From a virus, in the IMG/VR virus record IMGVR_UViG_3300045988_174371, positions 1-64,000 of that record: a stretch of 64,000 nt of DNA. One strand, 5' to 3'. This document shows positions 18,023 to 26,978 of the stretch, in pieces; positions within the stretch are counted from its first letter, which is position 1, and the number at the start of each line of letters is the position of its first letter. The notes beneath the pieces were generated by a model. The model saw nothing but the letters and a program-made list of their open reading frames with translations. It made no database searches and was not told the origin of the DNA. The translations under genes and the position numbers were made by a program.

Positions 18023-19153
18023 CTAGATGTTGCCCAGTTGGTAAACTTCCTGGATGAGCTGGTCTGCCTCATTTGCTTCTACTCTAAGGCGCTTCAATTC
18101 GCCCATCAGGGTATCTACTGCGGTGCGTGATTCAGCTAGAATGTCGGTAATTGCTGTCTCCTTGTAGAGGGTCTGGAGGTCTGCGGATGAGCCTTCTTCG
18201 TTAAGCCAGCTGGAAGCCGTGTACCCTTCGCGGGTGAGGCGGAACTTGAAGTAGCGCGCAATGATGCGCCCCAGCATGGAGTCCTCATTCAGGAAGTACT
18301 CGGTATACAGCGCCTTAGCTTTGTCGATGTCCGCGCGGGTCTTCTCTAACGCCCGCTCGTACTTACGGGCATCAGCTAGAGAGCCTTCGCCTGCAACGTA
18401 TACGCGGGCGTAGCGCATCTTCACGCCGTCGATAGTGAGAACCCAACTGTATCCGATGGAGAGGGATGCTTCAAGCCCATTGGTGAGGGTCATGTTGATG
18501 TTCTTGGAGGTGACGGAGGTTATGCACCCGACGACGGTGGATGATTCGTTTGCGAGGATACTACCTGCCGTCTTGATGTTGAGGATGGTGCCTACAAGGT
18601 TCTTTGCACCTTGCGCCTTAACGTCCTTGGCTAGAAGCTTGCCATCTAGGTTGCTTTCCGTCAGGGTGCTCTTGGTGACCCATTCCCGCAGGGTGCCAAC
18701 ATAGAGGGCGTAGTAGTGCTCCTGGATGTAGTTATAGACCTTCTTGAGTTCAGTCTTGATGAGGCTCAGTTCTCGCTGTAGCTTGACTGCCTGTTCCTTG
18801 TCGGTGAAGTCGATGCAGGTCAGTTCTGACTTGTTTACGTGGCGGTCGCCGTGGTAAGTCTGCTTCCAGAGGGAGAGGTTGGAGAGCTTCTTTGCAAGCT
18901 CAATGCGGCTATTGTAGGTATCGTACACTTCTTCGGTATCACCTACAATTTTCCAGTTCTTAAGGCTGTCGAGTGAGAGGAATTTGTAAACGTTTGTGCT
19001 CTTGCTACAGTTAGCGATTCCGCGCTTAATGCCGACACTGCTCACGACAGAGATGTCGTTGAGGCACATGTTTGAATCTACCCAGTGGCGTTCACGGGTG
19101 GACAGTACAACGTCGCCTGCGCGTAGTTCTTCAATGGTAGTGTTCTTGCTCAT
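18023..19153 (-). CDS. hypothetical protein
   Basis: 376 aa; SD AGGAGA 6 nt before the ATG. Confidence 0.75.
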   Translation of the reverse strand: MSKNTTIEELRAGDVVLSTRERHWVDSNMCLNDISVVSSVGIKRGIANCSKSTNVYKFLSLDSLKNWKIVGDTEEVYDTYNSRIELAKKLSNLSLWKQTYHGDRHVNKSELTCIDFTDKEQAVKLQRELSLIKTELKKVYNYIQEHYYALYVGTLREWVTKSTLTESNLDGKLLAKDVKAQGAKNLVGTILNIKTAGSILANESSTVVGCITSVTSKNINMTLTNGLEASLSIGYSWVLTIDGVKMRYARVYVAGEGSLADARKYERALEKTRADIDKAKALYTEYFLNEDSMLGRIIARYFKFRLTREGYTASSWLNEEGSSADLQTLYKETAITDILAESRTAVDTLMGELKRLRVEANEADQLIQEVYQLGNI

Positions 19154-19185
19154 GATTGGTCTCCTAAAAACGATTAACTAAATAT

Positions 19186-19196
19186 AGTGTATCACA
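19186..19196 (-). promoter_or_regulatory. extended -10 promoter
   Basis: rc reads TGTGATACACT. Confidence 0.65.
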
Positions 19197-19213
19197 TATT
19201 TTAGGGGGTAGAA

Positions 19214-19257
19214 GTAGGGGGAGTTGCGAATGTAACCACACTCGCAACTCCCCCTAC
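19214..19257 (-). terminator. hairpin terminator
   Basis: 16-bp perfect arms gtagggggagttgcga / tcgcaactccccctac. Confidence 0.65.
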
Positions 19258-19276
19258 TCGCTTAGGCGGCTAACTC

Positions 19277-20284
19277 CTACTTAGAGAAGAACTTCAGAAT
19301 ATCTTCAATGCCGCCATCTGCAACGCTCCACTTGGAAGTGTTACCGTCACACTCTGCCATGCAAACCAGAGGCTCATCCGAATCGTGATTGACTGCCTTG
19401 GTGAACATGAAGCTCAGCACGTCATCTAGGTCAAAGTCTTCCGCGCCCTCATCACACTCCGCCTCACAGCCGTCACAGCCGGTACCGCAAGCCATTGCCA
19501 TAGGGCAGTCTCCGCAATCGCCACATGCAGGCTCCTCATCAAGGGAAGCCGCCACAGTGGTTGCGGTAAGCAGGTTCAGCAACATCAGGTTCTCACCAAA
19601 TTCCTGCTCCGCTTCCTCAGCGTCACGCTCGCACTCACGCTCCACAGCACACGCCTTTGCACATTCAGGCTTGCACACCTCCTCAGCGTCCACCTTGCGG
19701 ATAGACACGGAAGTATAGCCAGCGCCGTCTGCATCATTGAGGTATGCGTCGTAGATGGCGCGTGCGTAGCTAATCACATTGCCAGGGGTTACCGGCATAG
19801 GCTCAGTGCGGAGCTTAAAGGTCAGAGCCTCTGCAAGCTCGCTGTGGAGGTGCTGTAGCGGGAGCGGGATGCGGTAAGCGTCCTTGGTGTTCTCTGCACT
19901 GTACACTTCGTGAGGCTGGTAGAAGCCGCTAGGCACCTTCTCCATAACGACCTTAGTGTTACCAGTCAGCAGGTCAGAGATAATGTCTGCAATGTCAGTG
20001 AACCACATGTGGGTTTCACCTGCGCGCCTAACCTGACCACTATGCTTATCGACAACCAGCGCGTCAGCATCATGGAAGAAGCCCAGAGCGACATCATCGG
20101 GCAGTTCCGACACGGGGGCGGTCAGCTCGGGTACGAATCGGCGGGAAGTGCCCTGAACATTCTCATGAATGAGCTTAGCAATCTCCTCCAGGGTGTCCTC
20201 ATAGGTTGCAGTGAAGGACTCCTTCGGGTTCAGGTCGTTACGTTCGTGGGTTACGGTGAGCTCGTAAATCTTAGCAGTTGCCAA
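19277..20284 (-). CDS. acidic protein with Cys-rich C-terminal region
   Basis: 335 aa; TTG start after SD GAAAGGAAA; CKPECAKACAVERECE and CGDCGDCPMAMACGTGCDGCEAECDEG. Confidence 0.75.
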   Translation of the reverse strand: MATAKIYELTVTHERNDLNPKESFTATYEDTLEEIAKLIHENVQGTSRRFVPELTAPVSELPDDVALGFFHDADALVVDKHSGQVRRAGETHMWFTDIADIISDLLTGNTKVVMEKVPSGFYQPHEVYSAENTKDAYRIPLPLQHLHSELAEALTFKLRTEPMPVTPGNVISYARAIYDAYLNDADGAGYTSVSIRKVDAEEVCKPECAKACAVERECERDAEEAEQEFGENLMLLNLLTATTVAASLDEEPACGDCGDCPMAMACGTGCDGCEAECDEGAEDFDLDDVLSFMFTKAVNHDSDEPLVCMAECDGNTSKWSVADGGIEDILKFFSK

Positions 20285-20320
20285 GGTGTTTTCCTTTCGT
20301 AAGGGGGGTTGTCGTAATCA

Positions 20321-20331
20321 AGTGTACCATA
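20321..20331 (-). promoter_or_regulatory. extended -10 promoter
   Basis: rc reads TATGGTACACT. Confidence 0.6.
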
Positions 20332-20359
20332 GGCGCGTTATGCTCCATGTGGTTTCGGT

Positions 20360-20399
20360 GGTTGGGCGGTGAAACCATCAGGTGTTTCACCGCCCAACC
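20360..20399 (-). terminator. hairpin terminator
   Basis: 16-bp perfect arms ggttgggcggtgaaac / gtttcaccgcccaacc. Confidence 0.65.
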
Positions 20400-20414
20400 A
20401 AGCTATTTAGAGGG

Positions 20415-21974
20415 CTACTTCTGGCGCTTCGCACGCTGAGAAGTCGATACCCAGGTGTCCACGGTATCGCTATCGCCCTTATACTGGCGACGCTCATAGC
20501 TCCACTTATGCCTGAAGGTGCGTCCACCAGAGTAGCGCTTAAACGAAACCTTCTCAGCAGTGAAGATGGCGACACTGAGGTGACCGCCCGCGTGCTCAAC
20601 CTTAGACTCTAGCGGAATAAGGTTACGGTACTGTGCGGGGTCGCCGTAGTTGCCTCGATGACCACACACTGCGATAAGCTCGCTATTGGGGTGTCCACCT
20701 TCGTCCTTATGCATCTGCGTTGCCTTTGCGTAGAGCGCGTTGAGCGGTTCAGCCCAACCCTCATAGGTGCCACACCCATTAAGGATGTCTACACTCTCAC
20801 TATAGCCGGTCTCCCAATGCTTGAGCGGGTAACGGTAGATGCTTCCAACCTGCTTCGCGGGTCGCAAATCGGTAACCTGCTTCGCATATGCCGAATCAGC
20901 ATAGAGCTTCGGGTGAACACCTGCATGGCTGAGGTACAGGTACTTGCTGGAGACTCCGCCGCATTCTTCTACGCTGTCGAGGCGTAGCTCTGCGGCAGGC
21001 AGGGCAGTAGATAGCGCGTCCTTGATGACCTTCTCGCTGTAGCCGTGTTCCTTGAGCGCCTTGACAGTGATAAGGCTATCCTTGACGGTGTTCACTCCTG
21101 CTAGGACGTTGAGAATCTGCGACTCGTGGTTGCCGTTGATGAGCTTTACATTGTCACTCCCCTCAATAAGGTGCGGGAAGGTGATGTCTGCCACCTTTGC
21201 AGGCGTGTTACCTCGGTCGAACAGGTCTCCAATGAACACCCAGAGGGTCTTCTTGTCGTTAAGTCCCTTGCCGGGCGCGAGGTCTTCGAGTGCGGCTTCC
21301 AGAGTGTTACCCATGCCCTGAATGTCACCCAGGATGCATACGCGGTCATAGGTGTTAGCCAGGTCGATAGCGATGTGCTGGTGGATGGAGTCTCGGAAGT
21401 TCACGCGGCTCGCCATGTGTTCCATGAGGTCTGCGGGCTTAATGTACCCCTGGACGCGGGGGTATTCTCGGAGCATAGTGCGCCAGTTCTTACGCAGTTC
21501 AATATTCTGCTTGTGCATCTTGGAGACAGTGTGCTCAGGAACCTTCTTGTAGCCGGTTCGTCGCGCATTGCGCTCCTGAATTTCCTCTAGAGTCTGGTCA
21601 CCCTGAATGTCGATAAGCCACACCTTGTAGGAGTACTGCTCTGCCAAATCCAGGAACCCGCGCATATTCTCCAGTAGGGTGTTCGTATTGTCTACGAAGA
21701 TGGTTTCACCAGTTCGCATGAGAACGTCAGTGTCAATATAGGAGGTCTTGATTGCCGCCTTCTCCTGCGCGCCACTGAGAGGCTGGACGTAGGACTCCTC
21801 GAAGCCATCTTCGGTGGGGGTGTAGGTGAGCACTGCCGGGGACTCGTGGCGGTAGCGTGCTCGGTAGGCATCCCAAGAGATGACACGTCCCAGGTGATGC
21901 TTCTCGATAGTTTCCTTGATGTAGGTGCTCTTGCCGGAGCCGGGTGCGCCGGTGAGCAGGTACATGTGTCGCAT
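20415..21974 (-). CDS. polynucleotide kinase / metallophosphatase (Pnkp-like RNA end-healing enzyme)
   Basis: 519 aa; P-loop GAPGSGKST; calcineurin-type motifs GDIQG, GDLFDRG and NGNHE. Confidence 0.75.
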   Translation of the reverse strand: MRHMYLLTGAPGSGKSTYIKETIEKHHLGRVISWDAYRARYRHESPAVLTYTPTEDGFEESYVQPLSGAQEKAAIKTSYIDTDVLMRTGETIFVDNTNTLLENMRGFLDLAEQYSYKVWLIDIQGDQTLEEIQERNARRTGYKKVPEHTVSKMHKQNIELRKNWRTMLREYPRVQGYIKPADLMEHMASRVNFRDSIHQHIAIDLANTYDRVCILGDIQGMGNTLEAALEDLAPGKGLNDKKTLWVFIGDLFDRGNTPAKVADITFPHLIEGSDNVKLINGNHESQILNVLAGVNTVKDSLITVKALKEHGYSEKVIKDALSTALPAAELRLDSVEECGGVSSKYLYLSHAGVHPKLYADSAYAKQVTDLRPAKQVGSIYRYPLKHWETGYSESVDILNGCGTYEGWAEPLNALYAKATQMHKDEGGHPNSELIAVCGHRGNYGDPAQYRNLIPLESKVEHAGGHLSVAIFTAEKVSFKRYSGGRTFRHKWSYERRQYKGDSDTVDTWVSTSQRAKRQK

Positions 21975-22011
21975 GTTTTAGCAACCTTTCATAAACTGAT
22001 TAACTAGAGTT

Positions 22012-22022
22012 AGTGTATCACA
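22012..22022 (-). promoter_or_regulatory. extended -10 promoter
   Basis: rc reads TGTGATACACT. Confidence 0.65.
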
Positions 22023-22069
22023 TATTTATTGGTATATGCAATTTACTGCCGGTTGCCCCAAAGTAGACC

Positions 22070-22111
22070 TATAGGGAGCCCTTGACATCAATCCATCAGG
22101 GGCTCCCTATA
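22070..22111 (-). terminator. hairpin terminator
   Basis: 12-bp arms tatagggagccc / gggctccctata. Confidence 0.6.
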
Positions 22112-22126
22112 AGCTAGGTGAGTGTA

Positions 22127-22975
22127 TTATGCGTCTGCTGGCGGCTCATACTCATCAGTTAAAGCCTTCACGCCTTCACTGAGTACAGATACGACATGCG
22201 GAATTTCCTCCGCAAGCGACGTGAGAGCGCCCGCCAAATGCGTCAAATGGTAAGCTACGATACGAGCCTCAATCTTGCCATCTCGCGGAAGGTCTGCGTG
22301 CTTATGCGCATACTCGAAGTCATCCAAGAGGGCACTGGCAGTGAGGTCTTGCAGGTTGTGGTAAAGGCTCCACAGCTCTCGCCACCCTACTGAATCTTCT
22401 AGCTTACCCATAACGTCACTCACAACCTTAGGCATGGGTACACACAAATCAAGGGTGTTCACCCCGTCAATAAGAGCATCCAGACCCAGGTGCGTATCAA
22501 TAACCCGCCACAGCTCTTTAGACACCCATACGCCCGGCAACTCGTCAAAGATGCACGCCTGACCGTATGCGTTAGCTACCGTAACATTCTTGCCATAGTA
22601 TCGGGCATTAGCGCCTGGCACGTAAAGCATCTCATGCGTCAGGGTTTCCTCAGAAAGAGGCTTGCCTAGATTGATGATGAAGGGCTGTCCCTCAATATCC
22701 TCAAGCGCCAGTTCACTAGAGTGAGGCGTTAGAACACCGTCGGCGCTCACATACTCAACAGTAGGCTCATCACTCCTGAGGGGGATACTTTTAGCGGTAT
22801 ACCCTCCAAGGCGCACATCAGTAACCTCTAGTAGAACCGCCTTATGGGTCATAACTAGCACATCTTCTAGAGGGATGGTCGCATTGTCGGGTAGCTTGTC
22901 AATAGCATCAGCTTTATCCTGAGCATTGGTGAGGTGATAGATTGCCAGTAGCGTATCGTTGGGCTGAATATTCAC
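22127..22975 (-). CDS. hypothetical protein
   Basis: 282 aa; GTG start 7 nt after SD GAAAGGA. Confidence 0.75.
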   Translation of the reverse strand: MNIQPNDTLLAIYHLTNAQDKADAIDKLPDNATIPLEDVLVMTHKAVLLEVTDVRLGGYTAKSIPLRSDEPTVEYVSADGVLTPHSSELALEDIEGQPFIINLGKPLSEETLTHEMLYVPGANARYYGKNVTVANAYGQACIFDELPGVWVSKELWRVIDTHLGLDALIDGVNTLDLCVPMPKVVSDVMGKLEDSVGWRELWSLYHNLQDLTASALLDDFEYAHKHADLPRDGKIEARIVAYHLTHLAGALTSLAEEIPHVVSVLSEGVKALTDEYEPPADA

Positions 22976-23035
22976 AGTGCCGTCCTTTCAATATCGATGA
23001 GGGGGGGCGTGACCACCCTGCCCCTATTTCTTCAT

Positions 23036-23046
23036 ATTGTACCACG
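23036..23046 (-). promoter_or_regulatory. extended -10 promoter
   Basis: rc reads CGTGGTACAAT. Confidence 0.55.
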
Positions 23047-23090
23047 CCATAGAAGCGTACCTGTGGGGCGTGCAGATTGCCTGCGGGCAT

Positions 23091-23131
23091 GACTAAGCGC
23101 CTCAACCCTCATGTGGTCAAGGCGCTTAGTC
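23091..23131 (-). terminator. hairpin terminator
   Basis: 12-bp arms gactaagcgcct / aggcgcttagtc abutting the stop at 23133. Confidence 0.6.
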
Positions 23132-23132
23132 G

Positions 23133-23453
23133 TTAATTTTCGCGGAACTCTAGGGAGTCGATGAAAGACTGAATATCTTCAAACGGCACATGCTCCTCTA
23201 CAAGGCTGATTTGGTCAGCCAGAAGCCAACGTGCGGTTCCCTCCGAATAGTCGCTCAGCAAGGCTTGAATGGGCATCATACGAGAAATTTCGCCCACAAC
23301 AGGCTCACCAGTCTCAGTGTTAATGAGAGCAATGGTGTATGCCTTGCGATGAAAACGATTCCCCTCTCGCTCGCTCAAAGGGGACGACGTAACTTCAATA
23401 CGCACGTTGTCATATTCTTCCGGTTCGAACAGGTCGGTCACTTTGGTAGCCAT
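23133..23453 (-). CDS. hypothetical protein
   Basis: 106 aa; SD AAGGAGG. Confidence 0.75.
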   Translation of the reverse strand: MATKVTDLFEPEEYDNVRIEVTSSPLSEREGNRFHRKAYTIALINTETGEPVVGEISRMMPIQALLSDYSEGTARWLLADQISLVEEHVPFEDIQSFIDSLEFREN

Positions 23454-23497
23454 CTAGGTACCTCCTTCTTTAAGATTATTACTTTACTACATCGCCA

Positions 23498-23508
23498 AGT
23501 ATACCACA
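23498..23508 (-). promoter_or_regulatory. extended -10 promoter
   Basis: rc reads TGTGGTATACT. Confidence 0.6.
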
Positions 23509-23512
23509 GATA

Positions 23513-24076
23513 CTACACGCCTTCCAACGCCGCATTATTTTCAGGCGCACTCTCCCTGCTACGCTTCCAGACCGCTACACCCACACCGACAAGAATAAAC
23601 GCATTCCCAATAAGGTTCCCGTAACTACCAACAAGGATACAGTAAGCAGACCAAAGTAGGGCATTCATTACCGTGAAAGTTTTCAGTGTCCAGAAATTGT
23701 GGGAGATAACCATCATTAGTCCAGTTGCCGCCGCCATTATTGCCAGAGTTGCAGGGCTGAGGAACCCCTGCCCTAACGCAAAGTATTGGGTATACGCGGC
23801 GGCAAACAAAGAGAGCAGAACTGCGCCCACTCGATAACTAGTACTCCTTAGAAGTGCGAAACGCTCATCAAATAGGTTTACCGTATAGTAAAGCAGGTTC
23901 ACAGCAGTCATCACCAAAACCGCCACTTGGTCTAGTAACGCCGCCTGCGCAACCCCTAGAACGCAAGTTGCGACGCTAATCCGCTGTACACCCTGCCTAC
24001 CAACATACCCCATGAAGCACAGGCATATGCTGGTAGCTACACCTAGCACTTGAACGGCAACTGCCGAAAAGTCCAT
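23513..24076 (-). CDS. multi-pass membrane protein (paralogue of 46685-47290)
   Basis: Start at the ATG at 24076 (SD GGAGA; matches the paralogue N-terminus). Shared C-terminal motif GSYxNLIGNAF(I/V)LVGV. Confidence 0.7.
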   Translation of the reverse strand: MDFSAVAVQVLGVATSICLCFMGYVGRQGVQRISVATCVLGVAQAALLDQVAVLVMTAVNLLYYTVNLFDERFALLRSTSYRVGAVLLSLFAAAYTQYFALGQGFLSPATLAIMAAATGLMMVISHNFWTLKTFTVMNALLWSAYCILVGSYGNLIGNAFILVGVGVAVWKRSRESAPENNAALEGV

Positions 24077-24088
24077 TCCACTCTCCAC

Positions 24089-24152
24089 AAAAAAACTGGT
24101 ATCCGTTTGCTCACACTTACGATGTATATCAGCGTGAGCAAACGGATACCAG
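24089..24152 (-). terminator. rho-independent terminator
   Basis: 19-bp perfect arms followed by U7 on the minus strand, ending 12 nt before the next start codon. Confidence 0.7.
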
Positions 24153-24185
24153 CAGGGGTATGGTTTCTATAGTGGAGGAACGTCC

Positions 24186-24752
24186 TTATCCGTTACGTCG
24201 CGCCCAAACTTTCGCCGCTACAAGGGTCAGTAGCTCGATGATGAACAGCGGAGCGGATACCCAAAGAACCGCGTTCGCCATATTCCAAGCAAAGCCAGGG
24301 AGGAAGAGGAGCTGAAGGAGGGTATGCACCACGAAGGACAGGCTTAGAGCGATGAGGTACCCTCCATCAATGGCTTCCTCTTCCTTGGCCTTGCCGCTAA
24401 GGAAGAAGATTGCACTGAGGAACGACTCTGCGTTGATGACATTCAGGACGTATCGACCAAACAGGCTCAGCAGAATTAGCGGAATGAGAGAGAAAGGTGA
24501 TACGAAAGTGAACGCAATTACGATGAAAGCAGTAATGTACTTGATGTTGCCTAGCGCCCGCCCAAGCAGGGTCGTGTACCCGCCCGCTACAGAAGCCTTG
24601 GGGCGGCTCTTAACCTGACCCTCAAGCTCCTTCACCCTAGCTGGGCTAGGGATGAGACCGTAATGGTCTTGCTTACTGGAGTTTGAGGTAATCTCGTCCC
24701 ACAGCATAGCATCAAGCTCATTGATGCGCTGTGCGGTCTTGTCTCGGCGCAT
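24186..24752 (-). CDS. membrane protein
   Basis: 188 aa; several hydrophobic helices; 3-nt gap from the upstream stop. Confidence 0.7.
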   Translation of the reverse strand: MRRDKTAQRINELDAMLWDEITSNSSKQDHYGLIPSPARVKELEGQVKSRPKASVAGGYTTLLGRALGNIKYITAFIVIAFTFVSPFSLIPLILLSLFGRYVLNVINAESFLSAIFFLSGKAKEEEAIDGGYLIALSLSFVVHTLLQLLFLPGFAWNMANAVLWVSAPLFIIELLTLVAAKVWARRNG

Positions 24753-24755
24753 GGT

Positions 24756-25709
24756 CTACTTGCCTCCCTTGACAATCTTCGAGATGTATCCTTCTGCGTC
24801 GATGTCTGCGAAGTCCACTTCGGGGCCAGAGATTTCGTTGTATGCCTTAATCTGCTCAACGACGTTATCTGCTTCACGGGATGCTTCCTTGCCGTCAAGG
24901 TTCACGCCGCTAGGGGTCTTCATGAGCTTCAGGATGTCGTTGCCGGTGTGGGTGAGGGATTCGCTGGTGAGCTGGAACTCGCGCTTCTCAATGAGCTTCG
25001 CGGTGGCTTCCACAATGTTCTTCAACTGCTCCTGTGATGCGGCAAGGTTAGGAATGATTTCCTTCTCTAGGGCTGACGCGGCGATTGCGGCTCGCTTGCT
25101 TGCAGAGGTAGCCTCAGTGCTCGGGTTGGAGGTCTGGGCGATGTTGATGATGCAGTCGTCCAGGGTCTCCTTGTTAGCTTCTGCAACCGACTTGCGCAGA
25201 CCGGCTTCCCAGAGGGTGATGATGTTTGCGGCGTTGGTTTCGCGCAGGGTGTTGAGTGCTTTGTCTGCGTTGTTTGCGTTGCGGCGTGCCATGTATTCCT
25301 CCGTGTAGTATGCGTTGGGGGTGGTTCGTTGGGGGGTAGAGTGGTTGATGGTGCTGTGCCAGATGTTGTTGAGAGCGGATGCCCGCTGTGCGAGGGCTCG
25401 GTAGTATTCGCCTCGTTCTGCGGCGCTTCGGGAGTGGGTCTTGTGACCTTCGTCAATGATGACGATGAGGATTTCTCGAATGATGTTCATGGCGCGTTCG
25501 TAGTTGTGACGCGCATTATCCTTCGAGGTATGGGAAGCAATTTCGATAATTTCCCACTGCTGGTACATGATGTTCAGCAGGTAACCCAGTTCGGCGGTGG
25601 CGATGGTGTCTAGCTTGCTGGAAGTGAGCTCCGTACCGTACTGGGTAGGGCTCTTCATCTGCTCTAGGATATTGTCGATTCTGCTAATTGCAGTGCTGTT
25701 CTTCTCCAT
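24756..25709 (-). CDS. hypothetical helical protein
   Basis: 317 aa; SD AAGGAGAA. Confidence 0.75.
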   Translation of the reverse strand: MEKNSTAISRIDNILEQMKSPTQYGTELTSSKLDTIATAELGYLLNIMYQQWEIIEIASHTSKDNARHNYERAMNIIREILIVIIDEGHKTHSRSAAERGEYYRALAQRASALNNIWHSTINHSTPQRTTPNAYYTEEYMARRNANNADKALNTLRETNAANIITLWEAGLRKSVAEANKETLDDCIINIAQTSNPSTEATSASKRAAIAASALEKEIIPNLAASQEQLKNIVEATAKLIEKREFQLTSESLTHTGNDILKLMKTPSGVNLDGKEASREADNVVEQIKAYNEISGPEVDFADIDAEGYISKIVKGGK

Positions 25710-25733
25710 GTTGCGGTTCTCCTTAGTGGGTGG

Positions 25734-26087
25734 TTAGTGCGCCCAGAGGTTGAGGAATTTGCGGGCGGTCTGGATGTTGTGCGGGTCGGCTTTGGTTGCC
25801 TTCACAAAGGTTGGGAACCCGGCGATAATTACCGTCCATGCGCCGCCCGCTGTACCTTCCGCTTCTCGAACCTTCTTGTGGTCAAGGGTTTCGATGAGCG
25901 TCTGGTGGGCGGCTTCCATCTGCGCTTCTTCCTTGGAGTGGGTCTCCTTAGGGAAGGTTACCTTCTTAGTTGCCCAGAAGGTGCCTTCAATGTGGTTCTC
26001 ACAGATGGTTCGCTGTGACACTACCCAGGTGTCTTCTGACTCGGTGGCGACAGGCGCTACAGCGTCGAACAATTCTCGGATGTCCAT
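25734..26087 (-). CDS. hypothetical protein
   Basis: 117 aa; SD AAGGAGAA. Confidence 0.75.
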   Translation of the reverse strand: MDIRELFDAVAPVATESEDTWVVSQRTICENHIEGTFWATKKVTFPKETHSKEEAQMEAAHQTLIETLDHKKVREAEGTAGGAWTVIIAGFPTFVKATKADPHNIQTARKFLNLWAH

Positions 26088-26144
26088 GTTGTTTCTCCTT
26101 AGCGTTTATGATGGGGAGTTTCCCCACCAATCTGTAATAACTAA

Positions 26145-26155
26145 ATTGTATCACA
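26145..26155 (-). promoter_or_regulatory. extended -10 promoter
   Basis: rc reads TGTGATACAAT. Confidence 0.65.
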
Positions 26156-26168
26156 GATTTCTAGGGAT

Positions 26169-26227
26169 GTACAGATGCCCGGCGAAATACTCTCCAAAAA
26201 GCATACCACTTCGCCAGGCATCTGTAC
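26169..26227 (-). terminator. hairpin terminator
   Basis: 18-bp arms with one U.G pair that works only on the minus strand. Confidence 0.6.
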
Positions 26228-26237
26228 TGCGTCCCAG

Positions 26238-26978
26238 CTATTGAACGTCGCTCGCCCGAACAAGAAAGTCCACATAGACAATATTGCTCTTATCATACGT
26301 GAGGCGGTATCGAGCACTCGAAAAGTCGAGCGCCACTTCACGATGCTCACGGTCAGCGCTCGCAAGCGGAGCCGTACCACTCTTCCACTGAGCCACCACC
26401 GCAAACCCAACCTCCACATTGGGCGTTGCAGTCAATAGCACGCCAGGTCGAGCAGGTGGAACTTTCACACTGCACTGCGCCTCAGCTAACCACTTCCAAA
26501 AGTCCAGAGGGAGGAACTTACCCTCCTTTGCGTCCTCTGGGGTCTGCCCCCACACCCGAAGCTTCACGAAAGGCTCCTCATAAGGTGCAAGCTCATAGGC
26601 GTTACCTATCTGGTTCACACCGTCCTGAGGCGTGAGCACAGAGCGGTGCTTCAACCCCTGCCACTGACTGCCTGACTTATAGAAGTAGTCAATCAACTCT
26701 AAGGCGTTATCTGGTTCTTCGCGCGCTGTCTCCACTAGTGAGGTGAGGCGGGCGCGGTCTTCCGGGATGGTGTTACGAATGAGGTTCCCTACAGTCCAAA
26801 CGTTCTCACGTCCTAGTTGGTCAGTCGCAATGATGCAAGGCTCGTACCTGCCATTTTGCGTCCCTATGTAGGAGCGGGCTTCAGCTACTCTGTAAGTGAC
26901 ATTCTGAATGGTGTCTTTCAAGATGTTAGCTTCAATCCATCTGCGGGCTTCAGACGTGTTAGGGATGGCTTGGAACAT
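26238..26978 (-). CDS. hypothetical protein
   Basis: Start chosen at the ATG at 26978 (MFQAIPN) after SD GAGGAAG. The longer ORF reaching 27158 has no SD and crosses the terminator at 27103-27147. Confidence 0.6.
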   Translation of the reverse strand: MFQAIPNTSEARRWIEANILKDTIQNVTYRVAEARSYIGTQNGRYEPCIIATDQLGRENVWTVGNLIRNTIPEDRARLTSLVETAREEPDNALELIDYFYKSGSQWQGLKHRSVLTPQDGVNQIGNAYELAPYEEPFVKLRVWGQTPEDAKEGKFLPLDFWKWLAEAQCSVKVPPARPGVLLTATPNVEVGFAVVAQWKSGTAPLASADREHREVALDFSSARYRLTYDKSNIVYVDFLVRASDVQ

